Shown here: positions 1-8,806 of the stretch, piece after piece
Position numbering within the stretch: the first letter of the stretch is position 1
How the letters are laid out: each line of letters starts with the position of its first letter
DNA from: an uncultured archaeon
GTDB lineage: Archaea > Thermoproteota > Bathyarchaeia > Bathyarchaeales > Bathycorpusculaceae
Direction: 5' to 3'
Length of the DNA: 64,000 nucleotides
Assembly (NCBI GenBank): GCA_963782915.1
Contig: CAWALK010000024.1
Coordinates: 1 to 64,000 of the forward strand
Program-made: the position numbers and the translations under genes
The notes under the pieces: model-generated
Seen by the model: the letters and a program-made list of their open reading frames with translations, nothing else
The model's database searches: none
Told to the model about the DNA's origin: nothing

Positions 1-792
1 TACCAGCGAAACCGCTGGGTCGCCGCGCAGGAAGGTCGTCCTCACAAGCCGCCGCAGCCGGGGACCGAGATCACGACCAGGGACAAGCGCGTGATCGTGG
101 TTGGTGGCGGCGACACCGGCATGGACTGCATCTCGAACTCCCACCGCGAGGGCGCTCGCAGCGTCGTGATGCTCGACGTCTACGCGGAGCTCTCGGCCAA
201 TGGCGCCGATCCTCGGCACCCTTGGCCGCTCCCGCCCAAGCGCACGCCCACGACCTATGCGCTCGAGGAGGGCGGCAGACGTCGCTGGGGGACCGAGGTC
301 ACCGGTTTCGGCGGCAAGGATGGCGCGGTCAGTCACGTGTATGCGCGGCAGGTGACCGGAACCTCATCTCGCGATCTGACGCCCGTTCCGGGCAGCGAAT
401 TCGTGCTCGAAGCGGATGTCGTCCTGATCGCGATCGGATTCCAGCGTCCCGAGCACGATGGGCTCGTCGAGCAGGTGGGGCTGGATCTCGACCACCGCGG
501 CAACATTCGAACGCAACAGACGTACCGGACGTCGGCGAAGGGCGTGTACGCCTGCGGCGACGCGCGGCTCGGCCAGTCGCTGGTCGTCACCGCGATCGCC
601 GAGGGACGCAAATGTGCCCGGATCGTCAATCAGGACCTCGGCGGCAGCGCGATGGACGCCGACCGAGAGAAGCTCGCGATCGGAGCGTGGAGCGGCGAGC
701 CCGATCGGACGCTGCGCCACGAGGCGGAAGCGGCCGGTACCGTCAGGCCCGGGGAGGAATTCTTCAGCGGCCCGGGCACCCGCGCACGCTGA
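1..792 (+). CDS. gltD: glutamate synthase small subunit, 5'-truncated by window edge
   Basis: Frame open from base 1; VIVVGGGDTGMDC, DVVLIAIGF and GVYACGD..GQSLVVTAIAEGR motifs typical of GltD. Confidence 0.88.
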   Translation, partial: YQRNRWVAAQEGRPHKPPQPGTEITTRDKRVIVVGGGDTGMDCISNSHREGARSVVMLDVYAELSANGADPRHPWPLPPKRTPTTYALEEGGRRRWGTEVTGFGGKDGAVSHVYARQVTGTSSRDLTPVPGSEFVLEADVVLIAIGFQRPEHDGLVEQVGLDLDHRGNIRTQQTYRTSAKGVYACGDARLGQSLVVTAIAEGRKCARIVNQDLGGSAMDADREKLAIGAWSGEPDRTLRHEAEAAGTVRPGEEFFSGPGTRAR

Positions 793-925
793 GAAATCCG
801 ATCGTCAGCTCGGAGATCTGACGGGAGAATTCCCTCACCACGTCTCCGGGCTGCTACGTTAACAATGAGTCCGGGCACGTCTCTGCGCGGTCGAGTGGGC
901 GTTAGGAGAACTATTTAGGTTTACT

Positions 926-1024
926 GAGAGCTTGGGGCGGGGAAACTCGCCCTGTCGGTCAGGGAACTGCGCCCCCACTTCCCTGACTCTCCGGGGGGGC
1001 CCAGATGGATCTGGGTCCCCCGGG
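926..1024 (+). ncRNA. candidate structured small RNA (three hairpins, the last terminator-like)
   Basis: GGGCGGG-GAAA-CTCGCCC (935-952, GNRA loop); GTCAGGGAA/TTCCCTGAC (958-987, C-rich loop); long GC hairpin 991-1024. Confidence 0.4.
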
Positions 1025-1033
1025 TCTACCTAA

Positions 1034-1193
1034 GGGCCCGTCGATAAATGAGTTGCGGTCTGAGGCGCCCGATGAGCGTCGCGGATGCTTCGTCCTCGGG
1101 GCTTGACGCAGCGCTGCTGCGCCTGCGCCCCTGCGTCCTCGCCCCGCTCGCTCCTCGGACCCCTCATTCCCACACCTTATTTATCGACGAACC
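1034..1193. mobile_element. MITE-like non-autonomous element
   Basis: Imperfect terminal inverted repeats GGCCCGTCGATAAATGAG (1035-1052) and CTTATTTATCGACGAACC (1176-1193), 15/18 match; TAA on both sides (1031-33, 1194-96). Confidence 0.55.
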
Positions 1194-1275
1194 TAATCTA
1201 AGGGCCGGCAGGATGCCGGCGCGTGGAGTCTGCAGCGGCGATCACGCGGTCTCCCGGACTCGAGCAGTGGTGATC

Positions 1276-1315
1276 GCCGCCGCCCAGAGCCGGATGCCGC
1301 CGCCCAGAGCCGGAT
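1276..1315. repeat. 20-bp tandem duplication
   Basis: GCCGCCGCCCAGAGCCGGAT x2. Confidence 0.85.
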
Positions 1316-1351
1316 GCGGTTGCAGCGTTCAGGGGTCGGTCGGCGTGCCGG

Positions 1352-2386
1352 GTGTGCGACCGTTTGCTCATGGCAGTCCTCGCCGTCGCGACTCCAAACG
1401 CGCAGCACAGCCACCATCACGCCACAGTCGGCAGCACGATCAGCCACCTGCTGGACTCGATCGGCAAGTTCTTCTCGCAGCTGGCCAACCTTGCGTGGGT
1501 CCCGCTGCTGGTCGGGCTCGCGTTCTATTCGCTCTATCTGCTGCTCCGCTCGCGAGCCCTATTCAACGCCGTCCGCGCGGCGTATCCGGACGAAGAGGTG
1601 CGCTGGCGCGACGTCTGGGGCGCCTACATGGTGGGCTACGCGGTCAACAACGTGTTCCCGCTGGGCGGCGGAAACATCGCTCAGCTGTTCCTGACCCGGG
1701 TCGCGATCCTGCGCAGCAGCTACCCGACGGTGGCCGCGGCGCTTTCGACAGGAGTCGTGTTCGACTGGTTCATGGGCGTGCTGGTGATGGCGTTCGCCTT
1801 CACCCAGGGAGTGTTTCCCAAGCCTCCCGACTTCTCGAAGCTGCCCGCGTTCGACATCAGCTTCTTTGCCTCGCACATGCGGTTCACGCTCTTCGTTCTG
1901 ACGGTGCTCGGCGTGGGCTTCATGATCGCATTCGCGCTCCTGTCGGCTCGTGTGCGCGCGTTCTGGGCACGGGTGCGCCAGGGGTTCACGATCCTGCGCG
2001 ACCGTCGCCGCTACGGCCGGGAGATGGCCAGCTGGCAGTTCGCGAGCTGGATCGCCCGGTTCGGCGCGTATTGGGCGCTCCTCGACGCGTTTCACATCGG
2101 CGGCTCGGTGCGCAACGCGTTGCTGGTACTGGGTGTCCAGGTGGTCGCCTCCGTGTTCCCATTCACCCCCGGAGGGGCCGGGGTCCAGCAGGCACTGCTG
2201 CTGACGATCTTCGCCAACAACCCCGATGTCGCTGCGTTCTCGGTCGGCCAGCAGGTCGTCACCGCCGTGCTCAGCTCAGCGCTCGGCTTCGCGGCGCTCG
2301 TGCTGATCTTCCGCTTCAAGAGCTTCCGCGAGGTGATCGAGCGGGGGCGCGAGCACCGTCGCGGCGAGGCGATGGTGGCCGGCTGA
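1352..2386 (+). CDS. lysylphosphatidylglycerol synthase TM / flippase-like (UPF0104) membrane protein
   Basis: Multi-TM protein with GYAVNNVFP.GGG and PFTPGGAGV motifs; true start may be ATG 1370. Confidence 0.75.
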   Translation: MCDRLLMAVLAVATPNAQHSHHHATVGSTISHLLDSIGKFFSQLANLAWVPLLVGLAFYSLYLLLRSRALFNAVRAAYPDEEVRWRDVWGAYMVGYAVNNVFPLGGGNIAQLFLTRVAILRSSYPTVAAALSTGVVFDWFMGVLVMAFAFTQGVFPKPPDFSKLPAFDISFFASHMRFTLFVLTVLGVGFMIAFALLSARVRAFWARVRQGFTILRDRRRYGREMASWQFASWIARFGAYWALLDAFHIGGSVRNALLVLGVQVVASVFPFTPGGAGVQQALLLTIFANNPDVAAFSVGQQVVTAVLSSALGFAALVLIFRFKSFREVIERGREHRRGEAMVAG

Positions 2387-2408
2387 GGCCATCGGGGTTC
2401 GCGCGCGC

Positions 2409-2709
2409 CGGTACTTCGACGACTACGTCGATCACTTCGGTTTCCGCGAGAAGATCACGTTCGAGACGGGCGTCGAGCACGCCGAGCGAGGGGAGGACGG
2501 CGTCTGGGATCTGACGTTCGACTCCGGCGAACGCGAAGATGTTCAAGCGCTACGTCGCCTCCAAGCGCCACACGATGCAGGTCGATTTTGACAACTACCT
2601 GTACGACCTGCGCAAGGAGCTGAAGGCCGGAGCAGCCCGAGCCCGGGCCGCGGGGTTCGGCCTAACGGTGGCGCCACGTGCGGGTGTCGCCGACCCCGCC
2701 GCCGTCTGA
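2409..2709 (+). pseudogene. flavin-containing monooxygenase remnant with a large internal deletion
   Basis: My translation: YFDDYVDHFGFREKITFETGVEHAERGEDGVWDLT, joined out of frame to the C-terminal KRYVASKRHTMQVDFDNYLYDLRKELKAG...stop; no start or FAD motif. Confidence 0.65.
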
Positions 2710-2714
2710 CCCAG

Positions 2715-3365
2715 GTGGCGGTTGCAGGAGGACAGCGCGCGATCAGGCAGCCGATGCCGACAGGCGGAAAGCGAGCCATGACGAAGGCGCAGAACCGCGC
2801 CGCGATCCACGACGCCGCGCGCGAGGTGTTCGCCGAGCTCGGGTACGACGCCGCCGGCGTGCGCGATGTGATCCGCCGGACCGATCTGGCCTCGGGCACC
2901 TTCTACAACTATTTCCCCGACAAGGAGTCGGTGTTCCGCGCAGTGCTCGACCTCAGCGCCCAGGACGTGCGACGCCGGCTGCGCGCTGTCCGAGGCAACG
3001 CCCGCACATGGGAATCGTTTGTCGGCGACGCATATCGCGCCTGGTTCGAATTCCTCGTCGAGGACGAGCTGATGTTCGAGCTGATGCAGCGAAACGCCGG
3101 ACCGATCCGGGCGCTGTTCGGCGACCCGATCCTCGGCGCCGGGATCGACGAGCTGCTCGACGATCTTCAAGCCGCGATCGCGCGCGGCGACCTGCCGCCG
3201 CTGGACGCCGACTACATGGCCGGCGCGATGGCCGGCGTCGCGCTCGAGCTGGGCGTGCGCATGGCTGAGCGCGAGCCCGCCGACGTCGACGGCGCGGCGC
3301 GTTTCGCGACGGAGCTCTTTCCGGGCGGGATCGCCCGGCTCGGCGAGACGTCTCAGGCGCTCTGA
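2715..3365 (+). CDS. TetR/AcrR family regulator
   Basis: N-terminal HTH AAREVFAELGYDAAGVRDVIRRTDLASGTFYNYFPDKE. Confidence 0.92.
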   Translation: MAVAGGQRAIRQPMPTGGKRAMTKAQNRAAIHDAAREVFAELGYDAAGVRDVIRRTDLASGTFYNYFPDKESVFRAVLDLSAQDVRRRLRAVRGNARTWESFVGDAYRAWFEFLVEDELMFELMQRNAGPIRALFGDPILGAGIDELLDDLQAAIARGDLPPLDADYMAGAMAGVALELGVRMAEREPADVDGAARFATELFPGGIARLGETSQAL

Positions 3366-3709
3366 GCGGGGCTCCTCGCGGTGCCTGCCCTGAGCTGGGA
3401 GGCGCGCATCCGCAGCAGCTCGATCAGCTCAGCCCCGCGATGAAACGGATCTGCGATCGGCGCTCCGCCGTCGAGCGGCAGCGCCGCGCGCAGCCGCCCG
3501 TCGACCTCCGCGACGAGCGCCGGACCCAGCGGAGCGCCGGCCGCGTCGAGCTCCGCCAGCAGCTCCAGGCGATCCGCGTCCGCCGCCGACGCATACCGAA
3601 GCGTGACCCGCGTGACCGGCGTGTCGCCGCTGTCAACTCGAGCGCGTTTCGCGGTCTCCTGGAGATCTCGATTGTGCTCACGGGCGGCGAGGAAGCTGAG
3701 ACTCAGCAT
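3353..3709 (-). CDS. hypothetical protein
   Basis: Plausible high-GC ORF (LVAEVDGRLRAAL..ADPF), divergent from the CGNR gene. Confidence 0.65.
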   Translation of the reverse strand: MLSLSFLAAREHNRDLQETAKRARVDSGDTPVTRVTLRYASAADADRLELLAELDAAGAPLGPALVAEVDGRLRAALPLDGGAPIADPFHRGAELIELLRMRASQLRAGTARSPAQSA

Positions 3710-3785
3710 GGCGGTTCCTTTCGGCGCTGGTAACCATCAAAACTATATAGACAGTTGCGTAACCGGTCAAGTAAGATTGTCGGTG

Positions 3786-4349
3786 ATGAGCAAGAAGGAA
3801 CAGGCGCCCGGGGAGCTCGAGCTGGTCCGCGCGTTCGTGAACACTGTCGATATCGAGGAGGGCGAAGAGGAGCTCCACAGCGCCGGCGCTCTGGCGGCCT
3901 GGCTCGCCGAGCACGGCCTCGCCACGAGCGACGTGCGTGCGACTCCCGGCGATCTCCGGCACGCGACCGAGCTGCGCGAGGCGCTCCGCGCGGTCCTGCT
4001 CGCGCACAACGGCGGGCCGCCGGCGCCCGCCGCTGCGTGCGCGACTCTCGATGCCGGCGCGCGCCGCGCGCGCGTGCGGCTTCGATTTGACAAAGGCGCC
4101 ACGGGGGCCCTCGAGCCCGAGGCCGCCGGAGTGGACGGTGCGCTCGGACGGCTGTTGGCGATCGTTCACGCTGCCATCGCCCAGGGAACCTGGGAGCGGC
4201 TGAAGGCCTGCCGCGAGCACACGTGCGAGTGGGCGTTCTACGACCACACCAAGAACCGCTCCGGCTCCTGGTGCAACATGCAGGTCTGCGGCAACCGAGC
4301 CAAGGCCCGCGCCTACCGCGAGCGTCAAGCCGCGCCCGGCAGTGCGTGA
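3786..4349 (+). CDS. ABATE/CGNR zinc-finger protein
   Basis: FVNT motif and C-terminal C-x4-C..FYDHTKNRSGSWCNMQVCGNRAKARAYR. Confidence 0.92.
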   Translation: MSKKEQAPGELELVRAFVNTVDIEEGEEELHSAGALAAWLAEHGLATSDVRATPGDLRHATELREALRAVLLAHNGGPPAPAAACATLDAGARRARVRLRFDKGATGALEPEAAGVDGALGRLLAIVHAAIAQGTWERLKACREHTCEWAFYDHTKNRSGSWCNMQVCGNRAKARAYRERQAAPGSA

Positions 4350-4414
4350 CCAACCGCCCTCGTGACGCCGGCCTCTCGGCTTGCGCGAGGGCATGCGAGG
4401 ATTTGTCGCCTGAG

Positions 4415-5416
4415 ATGCCCACCTTCTGCCGCCACAACCGGCTGATCCAGAACTGCCCGATCTGCTCGCGCGAGCAGGCGGTCGACCTTCGCCCGATCGT
4501 CTCGTCGAGCGCTCCCCGCTCGAGCCTGCCACGAACCGGCACGCCACGCACGAGCCATCCCTCGGGCTCCGCGTCTCGTTCGGCCGGCGGCGCGAGGAGC
4601 GCGAGCGGGCTGCGCGTGCGGCGACTTGCCCGGGGCGCGGACGACGGCTATCAATCCCGGCTCGTTCCGGGGCTGAGATCGAGCGCCGAGGCCGAGAACC
4701 TGGCGCAGGAGCTGGCATTTGCAGCCGGCCGTCTCGCGCGGCTTCAGCAGGACCCGCCGGGCCTCTACGGGGACGTGGCGGCCGGCGAAGGCGATCTCGA
4801 GGAGCGCACGTGGCTCGCGTTCCTGATCGCCTACATCTGTCCGCTCGAAGGCGAGGACCCGTTCAGCGGCGTCAGCGGCGCCATGACCACGTGGGCCTCC
4901 GGCGACGCGCCGGCGCTCGAAGAGATCGCGCTGGGTCCCCGCAGCGCTCATGACCCCGCCCGCGGAACGCGCACGATCGACGCGTACCGAGCCTGGGCGC
5001 TGCGCGCCGGCTCGCAGGCGGCCGCGTTCACCGCCGAAAGCGCGTGGAGCGCGGAGCGGCGGTTCGCGCGGGTGTTCGAGCGGCTGGCTCTGCCCGGCCT
5101 TCACCGCGACGCGCGGTTCGACCTGCTCGTCACGCTCGGGCGCCTGGGAGTGTACGACCTGCGCCCGGACGCCCTGCAGTTAGGGGGGGAGAACGAGGTC
5201 ACGGTGGCCGCCAAGCGCGCCCTGGGGATCGGCGACTCGCTGCTGCTCGAGCGTCGAGCGGCCGAGCTCGCCGACGCGTGCGCCCTGCCGCTCGAGGCGC
5301 TCGACGTCGGCTTCCACAACTGGGGACGAGGCGCACGTGCGACCTTGGGCCTCGGGGCCGGGGCCGAGCCGGATGCCGCCGCGCTGGAGTCGGCCCGCAG
5401 GGCGCTGGCCTTGTAG
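4415..5416 (+). CDS. hypothetical protein, possible aGPT-Pplase3-like domain, with N-terminal C-x-H..CxxC motif
   Basis: MPTFCRHNRLIQNCPICS start; ERTWLAFL and F.RVFERL..PGLHRDARFDLLVTLGRLG resemble the aGPT-Pplase3 signature (from recall). Confidence 0.55.
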   Translation: MPTFCRHNRLIQNCPICSREQAVDLRPIVSSSAPRSSLPRTGTPRTSHPSGSASRSAGGARSASGLRVRRLARGADDGYQSRLVPGLRSSAEAENLAQELAFAAGRLARLQQDPPGLYGDVAAGEGDLEERTWLAFLIAYICPLEGEDPFSGVSGAMTTWASGDAPALEEIALGPRSAHDPARGTRTIDAYRAWALRAGSQAAAFTAESAWSAERRFARVFERLALPGLHRDARFDLLVTLGRLGVYDLRPDALQLGGENEVTVAAKRALGIGDSLLLERRAAELADACALPLEALDVGFHNWGRGARATLGLGAGAEPDAAALESARRALAL

Positions 5417-5844
5417 GCCGGCCGGTGCGAAACTTCGGTTTCTCCCGCGGGTTCCGGCCCCCGGAGCTGTTTCTGCCGGAGCCGGGAGGTGGCGATGCGC
5501 CGTTGGTTCGTCCCGAACCTTTCAGTCGCATCGGTGCCGGCGATCGGCGCGGGAGCCGTGGCGCTGCCGAGCGCCGCAGCCGCGACACCCGTTTCCCGCT
5601 TGTTCGTGTGCCCGCTCGCATCGAGCGGTCGGCAAACCGCTCCGTCCGGGCGATCTCCTACCTTCTGCGGCGTCCGAATCCACGAGCCGGAGCCGCAATG
5701 TCACTCTGCTTCATCGAACCGCAGAACGCCATCCGGGTCATCGCCGACTCGGTCGGGCGTGAGGCGCGTCGCCAGATACTCGGAGAAGTCGTGCGCGCGT
5801 GGGTCGACGAGATCCCAGAGTCCGAGCTCGAGTCCCACTACATG

Positions 5845-6600
5845 AATGTACTTTGCAATGGGCATATTCTTGAAACACTTCCCTTAAACAAGGCTTATGA
5901 AGAAACCCATGAGGGAGCAATTCTCCTACATCAAGGCGAAACTTACCGCTCACTAGAGCTGGATGTCAACAATTTGACGGCAACGGTTCGCCAAGAGAGT
6001 ACCAACTATTATACTGAAACCCAAAAAACCGTCGAAGTAGCAATCAAGAAAACGTTGGAGGAAACCCAAAAAGACCTTAAAACTGCTTTGGGCGAATTAA
6101 CAATCACTGAAAATTATCCTTCATATGTAGTAAAATCCAGCGATGTAGTCATCAAAAAACATATGCTTGATTTGCCCTCTTCATCTTTCTCAACGGTGGG
6201 GTTATGGTTTACTGTTCCTGAACAGATCAGAGAAGAAATAGAAGATAAAAGCTTGAATTTTGATGGTGGCTTGCATGCTCTTGAACATGCCATTATTGCG
6301 ATGGCACCAATGTTTGCAATGTGTGACCGATGGGATATAGGCGGAATGTCAACAGCCCTACATGTGGACACAGGGAAACCAACGATCTTTATTTATGATG
6401 GTTTTGAGGGTGGAATTGGTATTTCGGAAAACCTCTATTCAAACATAAAACCGTTACTGGAAAAAACGCTCGAGTTGATTGAAACCTGTGAATGCAAGGA
6501 AGGTTGCCCATCATGCATTTACTCGCCTAAATGTGGAAACGGTAACGAACCATTGGATAAAAAGGCAGCATACATAATCTTGCAACGTCTGATTAAATGA
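5845..6600 (+). CDS. DEAD/DEAH helicase C-terminus with DUF1998 (Hrq1/MrfA/YprA family), 5'-truncated at the junction
   Basis: GLHALEHA, IFIYDGFEGGIG and CECKEGCPSCIYSPKC motifs. Confidence 0.9.
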   Translation, partial: NVLCNGHILETLPLNKAYEETHEGAILLHQGETYRSLELDVNNLTATVRQESTNYYTETQKTVEVAIKKTLEETQKDLKTALGELTITENYPSYVVKSSDVVIKKHMLDLPSSSFSTVGLWFTVPEQIREEIEDKSLNFDGGLHALEHAIIAMAPMFAMCDRWDIGGMSTALHVDTGKPTIFIYDGFEGGIGISENLYSNIKPLLEKTLELIETCECKEGCPSCIYSPKCGNGNEPLDKKAAYIILQRLIK

Positions 6601-6657
6601 CTCCCGAGAACATTTCATAAGCTAAGGAAATCAGTTTTTTTGACTTAGGACTTTATC

Positions 6658-6673
6658 GCGGGGTGCCCAAGCG
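6658..6673 (+). other. tRNA 5'-end-like fragment (Leu/Ser-like)
   Basis: GCGGGGTGCCCAAGCG resembles the acceptor and D-arm start of archaeal tRNA-Leu/Ser; no rest of the cloverleaf. Confidence 0.35.
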
Positions 6674-6680
6674 CGAAGTA

Positions 6681-7127
6681 TTAACCAAGTTTTCCCGCTT
6701 GGCTTTCGGAGCAGTGGGGATTATGGCATTGAAGGCACCATCGGGGATAACTTGGGCAGATTTCTTTTTTCTTAAAACCCCAATTCTTTCTTAACACCTC
6801 AGCGTCTGCCTCTATGTTTTTGGTTCTGCTTTTAGTTTTTGCGTGCCCGAGGTAGGCGTGGGCTATTTCGTGTGCTATTAAAGACTCTGAATCGGTTCGC
6901 TTCAAAATTATCATGCAAGGCTTGCTTAATTCTTTGACTTCCAAGGTCTGACTTTGACCTGCATGGAAAGAAACATTCTCCAAAGTAAACCGATAAACCT
7001 CTTCAGGGAGCCTAGCTAAAGTATTTACAAGTCGTGTATAGAGGGGATTCCATCTTTGAGCACGACGAATAAACTCATCAATATCACTTCTACACTCAAC
7101 CTCATGCGGGTCTCTTTTTTTCACCAA
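6681..7127 (-). CDS. small HEXXH zinc metallopeptidase-like protein (IrrE/ImmA-like), Cys-rich tail
   Basis: IAHEIAHAYLGH followed by IEADA; C-terminal C..C..C..C. Confidence 0.65.
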   Translation of the reverse strand: MVKKRDPHEVECRSDIDEFIRRAQRWNPLYTRLVNTLARLPEEVYRFTLENVSFHAGQSQTLEVKELSKPCMIILKRTDSESLIAHEIAHAYLGHAKTKSRTKNIEADAEVLRKNWGFKKKEICPSYPRWCLQCHNPHCSESQAGKLG

Positions 7128-7300
7128 GCTACCTCAGACAACCTTAAGCGCAGTTAATTACATCAGCGACAGACTCTTTCAATACCATGTTCTCGCCAAT
7201 AACCATTTACCAAACGCGCACCTATTGTGGATAAAAACATGTTTTGGGTACTCAAGACAGATTAAGAAGAACAAAGTGCTATATGATTTAGGCGAATATT

Positions 7301-7453
7301 TTGCGTAAACAAAATTATACAGAAGGAAAAACATCAGCCGCACCAAACAAAGGCAGTATAGCAAAAAAAGCAAATGCTGCCAATAGTGCGAGGCAGAAAC
7401 AAGCTAATGCCAATCGTTCGAAGCAGGCTCAAGCAGACAATTCAAAGAAGTAA
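7301..7453 (+). CDS. small basic low-complexity protein (50 aa, not in ORF track)
   Basis: TTG start after AGGCGA; MRKQNYTEGKTSAAPNKGSIAKKANAANSARQKQANANRSKQAQADNSKK. Confidence 0.45.
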   Translation: MRKQNYTEGKTSAAPNKGSIAKKANAANSARQKQANANRSKQAQADNSKK

Positions 7454-7830
7454 ATACTTCTAAAATTGGTTTGAAGGCGTAGCTTGAAAATGCTGTAATG
7501 AGACGTTATTCGTTTTAGGCTAAAGCTGCTTTTATTTCAATGTTTATTCTTATTTATCTTTTAACTTGCAGGCGTATCCAAATCGTTATTTTTTCAATTA
7601 TTCATATTTCCAGTATAATCTGAGGATACTGGTCCATATGGAAAAAAGAACTTTGGTTCATGAAAGGCAGTTATTTCTGCGATGAGATTAACGAAAGAGG
7701 ATTTTTCAGGTGATCTCCACTGGATAGAGAGTTTAGATGTACTAAATCGAATATTGAACATTCAGTTTATGAAGTGAAAGTCGCAAGCCATAAAAATCAT
7801 TTTAGAGATTCCTCCAAGCAAGTGAATAAA

Positions 7831-8169
7831 ATGGACTTCTGCCCAAAATGCGGATCGATGCTACAAACAACAAAAAAAGACTCTTCTATAGCTATATGCC
7901 CAAAATGCAAGTACCAAAAACCAACAGAACATAAAGAACCCAACAAAAAAATAAGCCTACGACTCAGCAAAGCAGCGGAAATCGCAGTTATAGACCAAAA
8001 CAAAGAAGCATCGCTTAGGCAGCTTTCGACAATTCATATGGTTTGCGAAACATGCGGAAATACTGAAAGTGAAACTTGGACCGTTGAAGCAGCAGATGAG
8101 ACTATCCATGCGTCGATTACGTTTTTTAGATGCACAAAATGTAAAACTACTAAACGGGAATCAGGTTAA
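7831..8169 (+). CDS. transcription factor S (TFS/RpoM)-like paralog
   Basis: MDFCPKCGSML..CPKC N-ribbon; CETC..ADE..FFRCTKC C-ribbon. Confidence 0.8.
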   Translation: MDFCPKCGSMLQTTKKDSSIAICPKCKYQKPTEHKEPNKKISLRLSKAAEIAVIDQNKEASLRQLSTIHMVCETCGNTESETWTVEAADETIHASITFFRCTKCKTTKRESG

Positions 8170-8375
8170 CTCAACCAAGTTGCTACGACTAATTATATTT
8201 AGAAAAATAAAAGGGCTTTTTTGACACTAAAAACTTCAACTAATAGTATTTCAATAACCTGGAAAAATAGAATTCCTACGTCCCTCATCCCAGCAAAAAA
8301 CTTGGACCATGAGGGCATAGCGATAACGGAATCTTTTCGATGAATTTATTAAGTCTCTGTCAGGCGCAACCTAAA

Positions 8376-8594
8376 CTATACTTCGTTGTAGGAGTTGCAC
8401 TTTGGACACTTTAGTACAACGTTCTTAAATTTGCCTTCAACTATGGTTTCGCCGATTTTTGCTCCGCAGTTGCCGCACAGATATGTAGTTTCGCCGTTTT
8501 TGCTTTTTATTACTGGCAAAGTTTTAGATGCGTAGACAGTTTGGGTTTTGCTTGGTTCGGGTATAACTTTTAGTTTTCTATTCATTTTATCCAC
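8376..8594 (-). CDS. small Zn-ribbon protein
   Basis: CGNC..CPKC..N pair. Confidence 0.65.
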   Translation of the reverse strand: MDKMNRKLKVIPEPSKTQTVYASKTLPVIKSKNGETTYLCGNCGAKIGETIVEGKFKNVVLKCPKCNSYNEV

Positions 8595-8806
8595 TTACTT
8601 CGGTTTTTATTGGTTTGACTTGGATTAAAAGTTTATTGCTTGTCGATCCTAAGCGCAGAACCTTTTCAGCATTTGCCTCTGTAAACCTGCAACCATATAA
8701 TCTTACCCAAATTATTTAAGTCAACACAACACTAACTTTCCATACACTATAGGCATTTATCTATGGTCGGGAGTTAACTACTTGCCATATCAAGGGATGC
8801 AAAAAC

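Noticed and set aside
5623-5642. c-di-GMP-I riboswitch (GGCAAACC hairpin)
   Set aside because: The GNRA-capped P2 layout and the GCAAAG/P3 elements are absent.
222-5845. Long overlapping alternative ORFs (e.g. 1048-2514, 3678-4718, 4325-5104)
   Set aside because: Arg/Pro/Ala-rich shadow frames expected in high-GC DNA.
5044-6600. 518-aa novel fusion protein or inter-domain HGT
   Set aside because: The ORF crosses the compositional junction, and its 5' part is a shadow frame of another gene.
7600-7730. Replication origin (TCCATATGGAAA, TCCACTGGA as ORB-like boxes)
   Set aside because: Short partial matches without G-strings and no cdc6/orc1 or whiP nearby.
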